Shown here piece after piece: positions 26,891 to 37,300 of a DNA stretch of 64,000 bases. Numbering within the stretch: position 1 is the first letter of the stretch; each line of letters starts with the position of its first letter. The translations under genes were made by a program, and so were the position numbers. The stretch lies in NCBI GenBank assembly GCA_965203485.1, contig OZ241892.1, forward strand, positions 704,001 through 768,000, in the 5' to 3' direction. Below the pieces are notes generated by a model. It searched no databases, was not told where the DNA came from, and saw nothing but the letters and a program-made list of their open reading frames with translations. The DNA comes from Longimicrobiales bacterium. Lineage in GTDB: Bacteria > Gemmatimonadota > Gemmatimonadetes > Longimicrobiales > Gaopeijiaceae.

Positions 26891-28006
26891 ATGGAGTTCC
26901 TGGGATTCGATCTCGACCTGCTCGACGTCCAGGCGTGGTGGTTGCTGACGGTCGAGACGGCCAAGCCGCGGCTGGCGCCGAGCGCGATGGCCGTGCTGCT
27001 GGCGGGCTTGAGCCACGTCGTCGCCTCGCGCGTGCTCTCGCGGATCGAAGAGCGGGTGACGCGCCGCACGGCCACGGTCGTGGACGACCATGTCCTGCGG
27101 TTCTTCCGGGCCGCCCTTCCCACGTCGATTCTCGTGTGGGCGGCGTGGCGGTTGCTGATCATCTGGGCGATGCCGACGCCGGCCTCGTGGGTGGCCGCGC
27201 TCTGGGTGGCGTTCCTCTTCTTTCCGCTGAGCCGCTTGGTGGGCGACGTGCTTGCCGTCGCCGAGTCGCAGTTGATGGCGGCGTCGGGCACGAACTTGGA
27301 CGAGACGACGCTGCCGCTCATCAACCGCGGGGTGCGCATCGTGATCGTCGTCCTGGGAATCGTGCTCGCGCTCGACCGGCTGGGGATGCAGATACAGCCC
27401 TTCCTGGCCGGCGCGGGCGTGATGGGACTGGCGCTGTCGTTCGCGGCGAAGGACACGCTCTCCAACCTGATTGCGGGCGTGCTGCTCATCCTCGACCGCC
27501 CGTTCCAGGTGGGCGACAGAGTCGAGCTGTGGACGGCCCCGACCGAGACCGGCACTTGGGGCGACGTGATCGAGATCGGCCTGCGCGCCACCAAGATCCG
27601 CAACCCGGACAACTTGGTCGTCGTGGTGCCGAACAACGAGATCATGCAGCGCGACATCGTCAACTACACCATGTCGGGGAATCACATCCGCCTTCGACTT
27701 CCGTTCTCGGTGGCGTACGAGAGCGACATCGAGCGGGCCAAGGAAGTCCTGATCGCCACCGCGCTCGAGGTGAGGGGGGTGAAGCCCGAGCCGGCGCCGA
27801 TTGTGATCCTCCGAGGGTTCGGCCCGTCCGAGGTCAACCTGCAGTTGCGCGTCTGGATACGCGACGCGCGGGCGCGCCGCCGGGTCGCCGACGAAATCAC
27901 CGAGCGCGCGCTGGGCGCCTTCGCGGCTGCCGGCTTGGAGATCCCCCACCCCAAGCGAGAGCTGTACATCCGCTCGCAGGACGCCGTCGCGGCGCCTCCC
28001 GGATAG
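26891..28006 (+). CDS. MscS family small-conductance mechanosensitive channel
   Basis: LAGAGVMGLALSFAAKDTLSNLIAG, DRPFQVGDRV, GDVIEIGLRATKIR and VPN motifs. Confidence 0.92.
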   Translation: MEFLGFDLDLLDVQAWWLLTVETAKPRLAPSAMAVLLAGLSHVVASRVLSRIEERVTRRTATVVDDHVLRFFRAALPTSILVWAAWRLLIIWAMPTPASWVAALWVAFLFFPLSRLVGDVLAVAESQLMAASGTNLDETTLPLINRGVRIVIVVLGIVLALDRLGMQIQPFLAGAGVMGLALSFAAKDTLSNLIAGVLLILDRPFQVGDRVELWTAPTETGTWGDVIEIGLRATKIRNPDNLVVVVPNNEIMQRDIVNYTMSGNHIRLRLPFSVAYESDIERAKEVLIATALEVRGVKPEPAPIVILRGFGPSEVNLQLRVWIRDARARRRVADEITERALGAFAAAGLEIPHPKRELYIRSQDAVAAPPG

Positions 28007-28151
28007 GGAGCTTGGGCGGGGCCGGCCCCAGGGCGACGGTTCGTCCGTTCCGCCCAGTTCGCAGGAAGCCGGTGCGCGGCGCTACTGTTGAAGAGCCGAA
28101 AACACCTCCGCCCGCCGCCCTTGAGCGAATCCTCCCCAACCAAGAGAACGC

Positions 28152-29399
28152 ATGGACGATAAGCACGCTTCGGGACCGGTTGCGCCTGCCGTGCCCGCCA
28201 CACTCGCGGCGCCCTCGGCATCCCCCGAGCCCGGCCCCTCTCGGGAAGCCGCGGCCGGTTCGCAGGGCAAGGCCGCTCCGGTGGCCCGCCGGAGCTTTCT
28301 CGGCAAGGCGGCGAGCGGCTTGGCGGGCGCGGGCATCGTCAGCGCCTGCGGGGCAGGCGGCGGGGGAGACGACGAGGCGCCGTCGGTCCAGACCCGCCCG
28401 CGCGTCCAGTGGCGGCTGGCCTCGAGCTTCCCCCGCGGACTCGACACGATCTTCGGATCGGCCGAAATGCTGGGCGAGATCACGTCGGAGCTGACGGGCG
28501 GCCGCTTCCAGATACGCCCCTATCCCGCGGGCGAGCTCGTGGGCGGGCTCCAGGTCATGGACGCGGTCCAGCAGGGCTCGGCGCAGGTCGGGCAGAGCAC
28601 CAGCTACTACTTCACCGGCAAGAACCAGGCACTGGCCTTCGACGCGGGCGTTCCCTTCGGGATGACCGCCCGCCAGCAAGACGCATGGCTCAACGAGGGC
28701 GGCGGCGGCGAGGTGATCCGGGGCGTCTTCGCCGACTTCGGCATCATCTCGTTTCCGGCGGGCAACACGGGCGGCCAGATGGGCGGCTGGTTCCGCCGCG
28801 AAGTGAACTCGGCCGAGGACCTGCGCGGCCTCAAGATGCGGATCCCCGGCCTGGGCGGCGACGTCATGAACCGCATGGGCGTGACGGTGCAGGTCCTCGC
28901 CGGCGGCGACATCTATCCGGCCCTGGAGCGCGGCGCCATCGACGCGACCGAGTGGGTCGGCCCGTACGACGACGAGAAGCTGGGCCTCCACCAGGCCGCC
29001 ACCTACTACTACTACCCCGGCTGGTGGGAGCCGTGCGCCTCGATGTCGTACCAGGTCAACCGCGCCGCATGGGACGCCTTGCCGTCCGAGTACCAGGCCG
29101 TCTTCGAGGTCGCGGCCCAGGCGTCGGCCCGGCGGATGCTCCAGGCCTACGACGCCAAGAATCCCCCGGCCTTGCGCCGCCTTATGGACGCGGGCGTGCA
29201 GCTCCGCCCGTTCTCGGACGAGATCATGGGCCTGGCCCGCGCGACCATCGAGGAGATCCTCGAGGACTACGCGAGCGCCGACCCCCAGTACCGCGCCGTC
29301 TACGACCACTGGCGCGACTTCCGCGACGCCTCCCACCGCTGGTTCGGCACCGCCGAGCTCCGCTACGCCAGCTTCGCGTTCGGCGGCGGGGCGGCGTAG
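28152..29399 (+). CDS. TRAP transporter solute-binding protein (DctP/TakP-like), Tat lipoprotein
   Basis: RRSFLGK...IVSAC; WRLASSFP, GNTGGQMGGWF, GLKMRIPG, LERGAIDATEWVGPYDD and YYYPGWWEP motifs. Confidence 0.92.
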   Translation: MDDKHASGPVAPAVPATLAAPSASPEPGPSREAAAGSQGKAAPVARRSFLGKAASGLAGAGIVSACGAGGGGDDEAPSVQTRPRVQWRLASSFPRGLDTIFGSAEMLGEITSELTGGRFQIRPYPAGELVGGLQVMDAVQQGSAQVGQSTSYYFTGKNQALAFDAGVPFGMTARQQDAWLNEGGGGEVIRGVFADFGIISFPAGNTGGQMGGWFRREVNSAEDLRGLKMRIPGLGGDVMNRMGVTVQVLAGGDIYPALERGAIDATEWVGPYDDEKLGLHQAATYYYYPGWWEPCASMSYQVNRAAWDALPSEYQAVFEVAAQASARRMLQAYDAKNPPALRRLMDAGVQLRPFSDEIMGLARATIEEILEDYASADPQYRAVYDHWRDFRDASHRWFGTAELRYASFAFGGGAA

Positions 29400-29522
29400 C
29401 GGAGGGCATCGGCGCGGCGCCCTCGGCGCAAGCCAGCGCGCGCGCATGCGGGTGAACGCGAAGATCCGGCCGGCCTGGTCCACCGGACATCCTGGCGCGC
29501 GCATGCAAGCGAGTCCGAGGCC

Positions 29523-30132
29523 GTGAGCTCTTCCAAAACGGGCGCGTCCGCCGTCGGCCGCGACGATCCCCGAAGCGCGATTCGGCGGCGCGACCGCGGC
29601 CAGGACGACACCGTGGGTGGCGGCGTTCCTGAAGCGGGCGCCCTACGGGTTCCTAGCCACGGTCGCCCAAGACGGCCAGCCGTTCCTGAACTCCAATCTG
29701 TTCGTGTTCGACGACGGCGGCGGCGAACGGCGCATCTACCTCCACACGCACCGAACCGGCCGGACGCGGGACAACGTGGAGCCCGGCGCGCGGGCGGCCT
29801 TCGGGGCGGTGACCATGGGACGCCTGCTCCCCGCTCCGGAAGCGCTGGAGTTCTCGGTGGAGTACGCGAGCGTCGTCGCCTTCGGGACGGGCAGCGTCGT
29901 GGTCGATCCGAAGGAGGCGAAGGCCGCCCTGCAGATGCTGCTGGACAAGTACGCGCCGCATCTCCGGCCCGGCCGGGACTACCGGGCGACGACGGACGAG
30001 GAGCTGGCCCGCACGGCGGTGTACCGAATCGACGTGGAGACGTGGAGCGGCAAGCAGAAGGCCGAGGCTCCCGACTTTCCGGGCGCGTTCGACGTGGCCG
30101 GGCTCTCAGTTCCGTTTCCGGGGAGGGCGTAG
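29523..30132 (+). pseudogene. pyridoxamine 5'-phosphate oxidase-like flavin-binding (NimA-type) protein with a +1 frameshift near 29612
   Basis: IRRRDRGQDDT (frame of 29523) continues as WVAAFLKRAPYGFLAT...FSVEYASVVAFG...LLDKYAP...WSGK (frame of 29617) if one base is removed. Could be a sequencing error. Confidence 0.7.
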
Positions 30133-30169
30133 GCGCGGGACGAGCACGCCCCCCTCAGCGAGCTTCGCT

Positions 30170-30293
30170 CGGACGGCAGCAGTTCGCGGGTCGGGGCCAA
30201 GAGCGGCATGTGGACGCGTGCCCACGCCGCAGATGGCGTCCAAGAAGGAAGCGAGGTCGTTCTTCTTGGCGAGCCGATGGTGAAGAGCTTCAT
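30170..30293 (-). pseudogene. internally deleted N-terminal remnant of a DUF488-family gene
   Basis: MKLFTIG / AKKNDLASFLDAICGVG / VHMPLLAPTRELL across frameshifts; the region between the two G-F-x-K-K-like motifs appears to be missing. Confidence 0.65.
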
Positions 30294-30565
30294 GTCGCAG
30301 TGCGACTTGGCTGGGGACTTGGTGAATGGAAGGGCCGCCCGGGCTCGCGCTGGGAACGGCCTTCGCCGCGGGCGAATCCGACTTCGCGCGCTTGGCGGGC
30401 CACGGCTTCCTCGACGCGCTCGTCCCGCATGCCGGGGGAAGAGGTTCCGTCTGCGCGTCGCTCAAGTTGTGCTTGGCGAGCAGGTCGTCCATGACGGCCG
30501 CGTGGGACGCGATGGAACCGTCCGCGAGGATGTGCTCGACGCCGACGCCCCGGCGGTCCAAGGCA
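30290..30565 (-). pseudogene. C-terminal remnant of the upstream partner DUF488-family gene
   Basis: LDRRGVGVEHILADGSIASHAAVMDDLL...(frameshift)...MRDERVEEAVARQAREVGF; its TGA overlaps the ATG at 30293 (ATGA coupling). Confidence 0.55.
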
Positions 30566-30730
30566 TGAGGCGCCCGTCCGCGTCGGCCGCTTCCTGCTTC
30601 AGGATTTCGGCGTCCAGCGGCGGCTTCACGGAGTCGTTGCAGGCTTCGCGAATCCATGTCTCCAAGACGCGCAACGCGTCGTCGCGCACTCGGCGTTGCG
30701 CGCGGCGGGCCGCCGGTTCTCGGCCCGACA

Positions 30731-30782
30731 CACCGCGGAGTTGCGCTACGCCAGCTTCGCCTCCGGCGGCGGGAAGGCGTAG
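30731..30782 (+). repeat. diverged duplicate of the last 52 nt of the TRAP solute-binding gene (29348-29399)
   Basis: 45/52 nt identical; TAELRYASFASGGGKA* versus TAELRYASFAFGGGAA*. Confidence 0.8.
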
Positions 30783-31028
30783 GGCGCGAGCCGGTGCCGC
30801 CGCGGCAGCGATGCGGTCGCCGGAAAGCAGGCCGGGTCCGGGACCTCGTCGCGCACCGGCTTGACCAACAGCGGGGATATGCCATTTTTTTCTCGTATCG
30901 TCGAGTGCGCCGGCGGTCGCGGACGAACAGAGGGATGGTTGAGAGGAGCCGAGAGCGAGATGAACCGAACCTGGCCACCCACGTCGCGAAGCGCTCGGCC
31001 CCGGCAAGGGGCGAGCCACGTCAGGAAT

Positions 31029-31046
31029 CCCCCCCCCCCCCCCCCC
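31029..31046 (+). repeat. poly-C tract (C18) upstream of giant gene copy 2
   Basis: aat-C18-ttgcg read directly. Confidence 0.85.
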
Positions 31047-31181
31047 TTGCGTTTGGCCAGTCGAAGCGTTCGGCTCCCACCCGATGGGGTAGGGAGGGCC
31101 GCGCGACCGGGGCGCGCCCGGCCTGGCGTCCACGAGCGCCGGCTCCCGACCCGCCGCTTCACGTCCGCGTAGCGCGGCTGG

Positions 31182-31209
31182 TTGACCAAGGTGCCTTTGT
31201 TTTTATCTT
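31182..31209 (+). promoter_or_regulatory. putative sigma70-type promoter of giant gene copy 2
   Basis: TTGACC-16 nt-TATCTT, identical to 7988-8015. Confidence 0.5.
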
Positions 31210-31303
31210 TCCCCCGTTCGTCGCGTGCGGCAAGTCTTCACGTTCCTGGCCGGACACCGTGGATTTGTGCTTGCCGTCATCTTCTTCTCGAATGAGGCAG
31301 AGC

Positions 31304-34300
31304 ATGAGTACGCATGAGGCCCGTAAAGCTGAGACGAGGCCGACGCCCCTCCGGCCGACTGGCTGGCTGGCCCGAGCGATGCCGGTAGCGCGAACCTCGC
31401 TCGCGGCCCTCGGCCTGCTGGCGGCGTTCGGGACCACGGCGCCGGCGCCGCTGAGCGCCCAAACCACGCCGCCGGCGGTGAGCGGCGTGGGCATCACGAG
31501 CGACGCGGGGAGCGACAGCACGTACGTGGAGGGCGACACGATCAAGGTTTTGGTAGTGTTCAGCGAGTCGGTGGACGTGACGGGCACGCCGCAGTTGGCG
31601 CTGACGGTGGACACGATGACGCGTCAGGCGAGCTACGTGTCGGGCACGGGGAACGATTCGTTGGCGTTCCACTACGTGTTGCCGGTGACGTCGACGGACC
31701 GGGACGCTGACGGGATCAGCATAGCGGCGAGCGCGCTGGCTCTGAACGGCGGTACGATTCGGCGGGCGGGCGGTACGGTGGATGCGGTTCTGGGGTTGGG
31801 CGCCCACGCGGTCAGCAACGACAGGAACCATCAAGTTGCGCGTAGGCCGGCGATGGCGCCGATACATTTCCAGACGAATCCGGCGAGCGACCAGACGTTC
31901 GCAGCGGGGGAGGTGGTCCATCTGCGGATCACGTGGACCGACCGCGTGGACAAGCCGAACTGGCAGGCGATGAGGTTGGCGATCGAGATTGGCGAGGACA
32001 CGGTGACGGCGATTCCGCACCAGCAGAACCCTTGGGCGGTATGGTTTCGGTACACGGTGACGGAGGCCGACTTGGACGAGAACGGGATAAGCTTGCCGGA
32101 GAACGCGTTGACGAACATCGGCAGCGTCAGGCTCGAGGGCACGTTGGTCGAGGCGGACAACGATCTTTCGGCCGTGACATTGACGGATACGGCGACTCAC
32201 AAGGTGAACGGCGCGAAGGCGGTGCCTCACGTGACGAACACGACGATTGAGAGCGATGCGGGGAACGACAGCACGTACGCGCGCGGCGACGTGATCGAGA
32301 TCGGCATCTGGTTCAACGAGGACGTGGACGTGACGGGCTCGCCGCGCCTGGCGATGGCGGTCGGGACGGAGACGCGGCAAGCGGTCTATTTTGCGGGGAC
32401 GGGCGGCAGTTCGCTGGTGTTCCGGTACGAGGTTGGGCCTGGGGATGTGGACACGAACGGGATCAGCATCGGGTCGGAGGCGTTGACGTTGAACGGCGGG
32501 ACGATCCGGCGGGCGGGGTCGGCGACGGTGAACGCGTACCTGGGCTTGCGGGTCCACAGGGTCGCCGACGCCGACACGCACAAGGTGGACGGTACGGCGG
32601 GGCCGCCTGCCGTGACGAAGGTGCTGGTCACGAGCGATGCGGGTACGGACAGCACGTATGCGGCGAACGACACGGTACAAGTAGCGGTGGTGTTCAACGA
32701 GAGCGTGGACGTGACGGGCACGCCGCGAGTGGCGCTGGGGATTGGTTTGCAGACGCGGCAGGCGAGCTACGCGGGCGGTACGGGGACGGATTCGCTGACG
32801 TTCCGGTACGTGGTGGCGAGCGGCGACGCGGACGCGGACGGGTTGAGCATCGGGGCGAGCGCTTTGGCTTTGAACGGGGGCACGATCAAGCGGGCGGGCG
32901 CGGCGGTGGACGCGACGCTGTCGACGGCGAACTTCGTTGTTGTGAACGCGGCGGCGCACAAGGTACTGGGCTCGGGCGCGACTATCGTGACGGGCACGTC
33001 GTTCGCGAGCGACGCGGGGACGGACAGCATCTACGTGGAGGGGGACACGGTCGCGGTGGAAGTCGTGTTCAACCAAGCGGTGGACGTGACGGGGACGCCG
33101 CAGCTGGCGCTGGTTCTGTCGGCGGTGCGGCAGGCGAGCTACGTGTCTGGGACGGGCACGACAACGCTGACGTTCAAGTACGTCGTGGCGGCGGGGGACT
33201 CTGACACGAACGGGATCAGCTACGGGCGGAATGCGCTGACGCTGAACGGCGGTACGATCAGAAGGGCGGGCACGGCGGTGGACGTGTACTTGAGCTTGTG
33301 GACTCACGTCGCGACGGACGACAGAGCTCATCGCGTGTGGGAGATACCGAAGGTATCGAGCGTTTCGATTCCCAGCAGCGCGGGCGCCGACCAGACGTGG
33401 GCGAGCGGCGACATCATCGACTTCTTCGTGGTGTTCGACCGGGCCATAGCGGCGTCGGTCACGGCGTCGTCGGGCATACATCTGACGATTGGGGAGGACG
33501 TCCGCTCGGGTTACATACACAACGTGAACACTGGCACGAGAACCTTGCACTGGCGGTACGTTCCGGTGCAGGCCGACTTGGACGCGGACGGGCTGAGCGT
33601 CGACAGCGTCACGTTTGGCGGGAGCGACTACGTCAGGACGGCTGGGGCGCCGGCGGGCGCGGCGAACGCCAACTTGGACTTCACGCCGATCGCGAACGCT
33701 TCGGCGCACAAGGTGAACGGCGCACAGGCGGTGCCTCACGTGACGGGCACGGTGGTAGCGAGCGACGCGGGGAACGACAGCACGTATGCTGAGGGCGACA
33801 CGATCGAGGTCGGGCTGGTGTTCAGCGAGAACGTGGACGTGACGGGGGCGCCGCGTCTGGCATTGGGGATTGGGACGGCGACGCGGCAGGCGAGGTACGT
33901 TGCGGGGACGGGCGGCGATTCGCTGGTGTTCCGGTACGTTGTGGGGGCTGGGGACGAGGACGCGGACGGATTGAGCGTGGGCGCGGGCGCGTTGGCGCTG
34001 GGCGCGGGCGGGACGATTCGGCGGGCGGGGTCGGCGACGGTGAACGCGTACTTGGGTTTGCGGGTTCACACGATCGCGAACGCTTCGGCGCACAAGGTGG
34101 CGCTCACGCCGCCGTCGGTGTCGGGCGTGTTCTTCGTGACGCCGGCGAACACGGGGTTGGCGTACGCGAGCACGGACAGCGTGTTCGGTCTTGCGGACGA
34201 GATACGCGCGGCGGTCAGCTTCGGCGTGGCGGTGACGGCGGCGGGCACGCCACAGCTGGCGTTGGGGATTGGCACGCAGACGCGGAGCGCTGTGCTGTGC

Positions 34301-37300
34301 GATACGACAGGAGCCAACGTGTTGGTGTTCTGCTACACGGTGGTGGCTGCGGACAGCGATTCGGACGGGATCAGCGTCGGCGCGAACGCATTGACGTTGC
34401 CGGGCGGCGCGACGCTTCGAGCGACGGGGAGCACGACGGGCGCGAACTTGTCGTTGGCGCCGTGGAACTTCGCGAACTCGGCGTTGTTCCAGGTGGACGG
34501 TTCGAAGGAGGTGGCGCCTGGGGTGAGCGGTGTGGCGATTGCGAGCGACGCGGGTACGGATTCGACGTACCACCGGTTCGAGGCGATCCGAGTCGAGGTG
34601 GGGTTCGACCGTGCGGTGGACGTTGTGGGCACGCCGCAGCTGGCATTGGGGATCGGGGCGGCGACGCGGCAGGCGGGGTACGCGAGCGGGACGGGCACGA
34701 GCACGCTGACGTTCCAGTATTCTGTGGGGCCGTCGGACAGCGACGCGGACGGGGTGAGCATCGCAGCGAGCGCGTTGGCATTGAACGGCGGGACGATCGA
34801 GATAGCGGGCGGCTCGGCGGCGGCGGCGCTGGGATTGGGCAGCCATGCGATTGCGAACGCGGCGGCGCACAAGGTGGCGGGCGACCGGCCGGTGGTGACG
34901 GGGGTGTCGTTGGGGTCGCCGGTGACGGGCGACGTGTTCGAGCGGGGCGACACGATCGAGGCGAGGGTGAGTTTCGGGCGGTGGGTGACGGTGACGGGGA
35001 CGCCGCAGCTGGCGCTGACGATCGGGACGGCGACGCGGCAGGCGAGCTACGCGTCTGGCAGCGGGTCGGGGTCGCTGGCGTTCCGGTACGTGGTGGCGTC
35101 CGGGGACGCTGACGCGGACGGGTTGAGCGTGGGCGCGGGCGCATTGGGCTTGAACGGAGGCACGATTGCGGTGACGGGCGGCACGGCGAACGCATTGCTG
35201 GAGTTGCAGACGTGGCACGTGATCACGAACAGCGCCGGGCACAAGGTGGACGGCGGGACGTTGACGGCGGCGTCGGTGAGCGGTGTGTCGGTGGCGAGCG
35301 TTCCGTCGGGCGGCGACACGTACTTGCTGGGCGACACGATCGACGTGGCGGTGGCGTTCACGCGGCTGGTGGCGGTGACGGGGACGCCGCAGCTGGCGAT
35401 CGGGATCGGGAGTTCGACGCGGCAGGCGTCGTACGCGAGCGGGACGGGGACGGACACGCTGTTGTTCCGGTACGCTGTGGTGGCTGCGGACGCGGACACG
35501 AACGGGTTGAGCATCGCGGCGGGTGCGCTGGGGCTGAACGGCGGCACGATAGCGGACGCGCGCGACGTTTCGGTTGCTGCGGGTCTGGGTTTGGGATCGA
35601 GCGCGGTTTCGAACAGTACGGGCCACAAGGTGGACGGGAGCCGCGTGCGGCCGGCTCGCGTGCTGTCGGTGACGTTGAACACCGTTCCGCCGACGAGCCA
35701 ATGGAATCAGTTCGTGGCGGGCGACTGGATGCAGGTGACGGTCGAGTTCAGCGCGGCGGTGGACGTTGTGGGCACGCCGCAGGTGGCGATCGTGATCGGG
35801 ACGGCGACTAGGCAGGCGGCGTACGCGAGCGGGACGGGGACGGCGACGCTGGTTTTTCGTTATCAGATGCACGGCTACGACCCGAGGGACGACGACGGGA
35901 TCGGCGTGGCGCGCGATGCTCTGGCTCTGAACGGCGGCACGATCCGGCGTGCGGGGAGCAGCGATGCGGCGTTGCTGGACTTTGGGCGCGCCTACACGGG
36001 CACGGCGACGAATCCGGCGCACAGGGCGGGCGTGAGCGGGATTGCGGTGAGCAGTCCGGGTTCGGGTGGCACGTACGGTGTGGGCGAGACGATCGAGGTG
36101 ACGGTGTCGTTGAGCCACACGGCCGTCCTGGTCAGCGGCGCGGGGCCGCAGTTGGCGCTGGGGATCGGGACGCAGACGCGGCAGGCGTCGATGGTGCTCG
36201 GGGGCGGCAACACCTACAACCCGCTGAGGTTCCGTTACGTGGTACAGGCGGCGGACGCTGACGCGGACGGGATCAGCATCGCGGCGAACGCGATCACGGG
36301 CGGCAACGTGCAGTCGCAGCATTCGGTGCGGCCGCCGTTTTGGGGGTTGGGGCGGTTGGCGATTGCGAACGACGGGATGCGCAAGGTGGACGGGAGCCTT
36401 GGTGCGGTGGTGAGCGGTCTGTCGATCGGGTCGCCGCCGTCGGGCGACACGTTCGAGCGAGGCGACGCGATCGAGGTGGCGGTGGCGTTCAACCGGGCGG
36501 TGGACGTTGCGGGGACGCCGCAGCTGGCGCTGGCGGTCGACACGCTGACCAGGCAGGCGTCGTACGCGAGCGGGACGGGGACGGACACGCTGGTGTTCCG
36601 GTACGTGGTGGTGGCTGCGGACGCGGACACGCTGGGGATCAGCATAGCGGCGAACGCTTTGAGCTTGAACGGCGGGACGATACGGCAGGCGGGCGGGACG
36701 ACGAACGCGGTGCTGGGGTTGGGCGGCCACGCGGTGACGAACAGCTCGGGCCACAAGGTGGACGGCGGGACGCTGACGGCGGCGTCGGTGAGCGGGGTGG
36801 CGATCACGAGCGCGCCGTCGAGCGACAGCACGTACGGACGCACGGAGCGGATCGAGGTGGCCGTCGAGTTCGTGCGCGCGGTGACGGTGACGGGGACGCC
36901 GCAGCTGGCGCTGGGGATCGGGACGGCGACGCGGCAGGCGGCGTACGCGAGCGGGAGCGGGACGCGGACGCTCGTGTTCCGGTACGTGGTGGTGGCTGCG
37001 GACGCGGACTCGACGGGGATCAGCATCGGAGCGAGCGCGCTGGCGTTGAACGGCGGCGCGATCAACGACGCGCGCGACGGCACGGCGGCGGCGAGCCTGG
37101 GTTTGGGCAGCCATGCGGTCGCGAACGATCGTTCGCACAAGGTGGACGGGAGCCTGGGCCCGCCGGGGGTGACGGGGTTGTCGATCGGTTCGCCTGCGGT
37201 GGACACGACGTTCGAGCGCGGCGAGACGATCGAGGTGTCGGTGGTGTTCAGCCGGCCGGTGGACGTGGGGGGGACGCCGCAACTGGCGCTGGGCATCGGG

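Noticed and set aside
30566..30730. Possible gene fragment WIREACNDSVKPPLDAEILKQEAA on the minus strand
   Set aside because: Too short and degenerate to assign to a family by eye.
30656..31303. ORF-track N-terminal extension of adhesin copy 2 from 30656
   Set aside because: It crosses the duplication boundary and gene remnants and is absent from copy 1; only the poly-C-linked ATGs are kept as a hypothesis.
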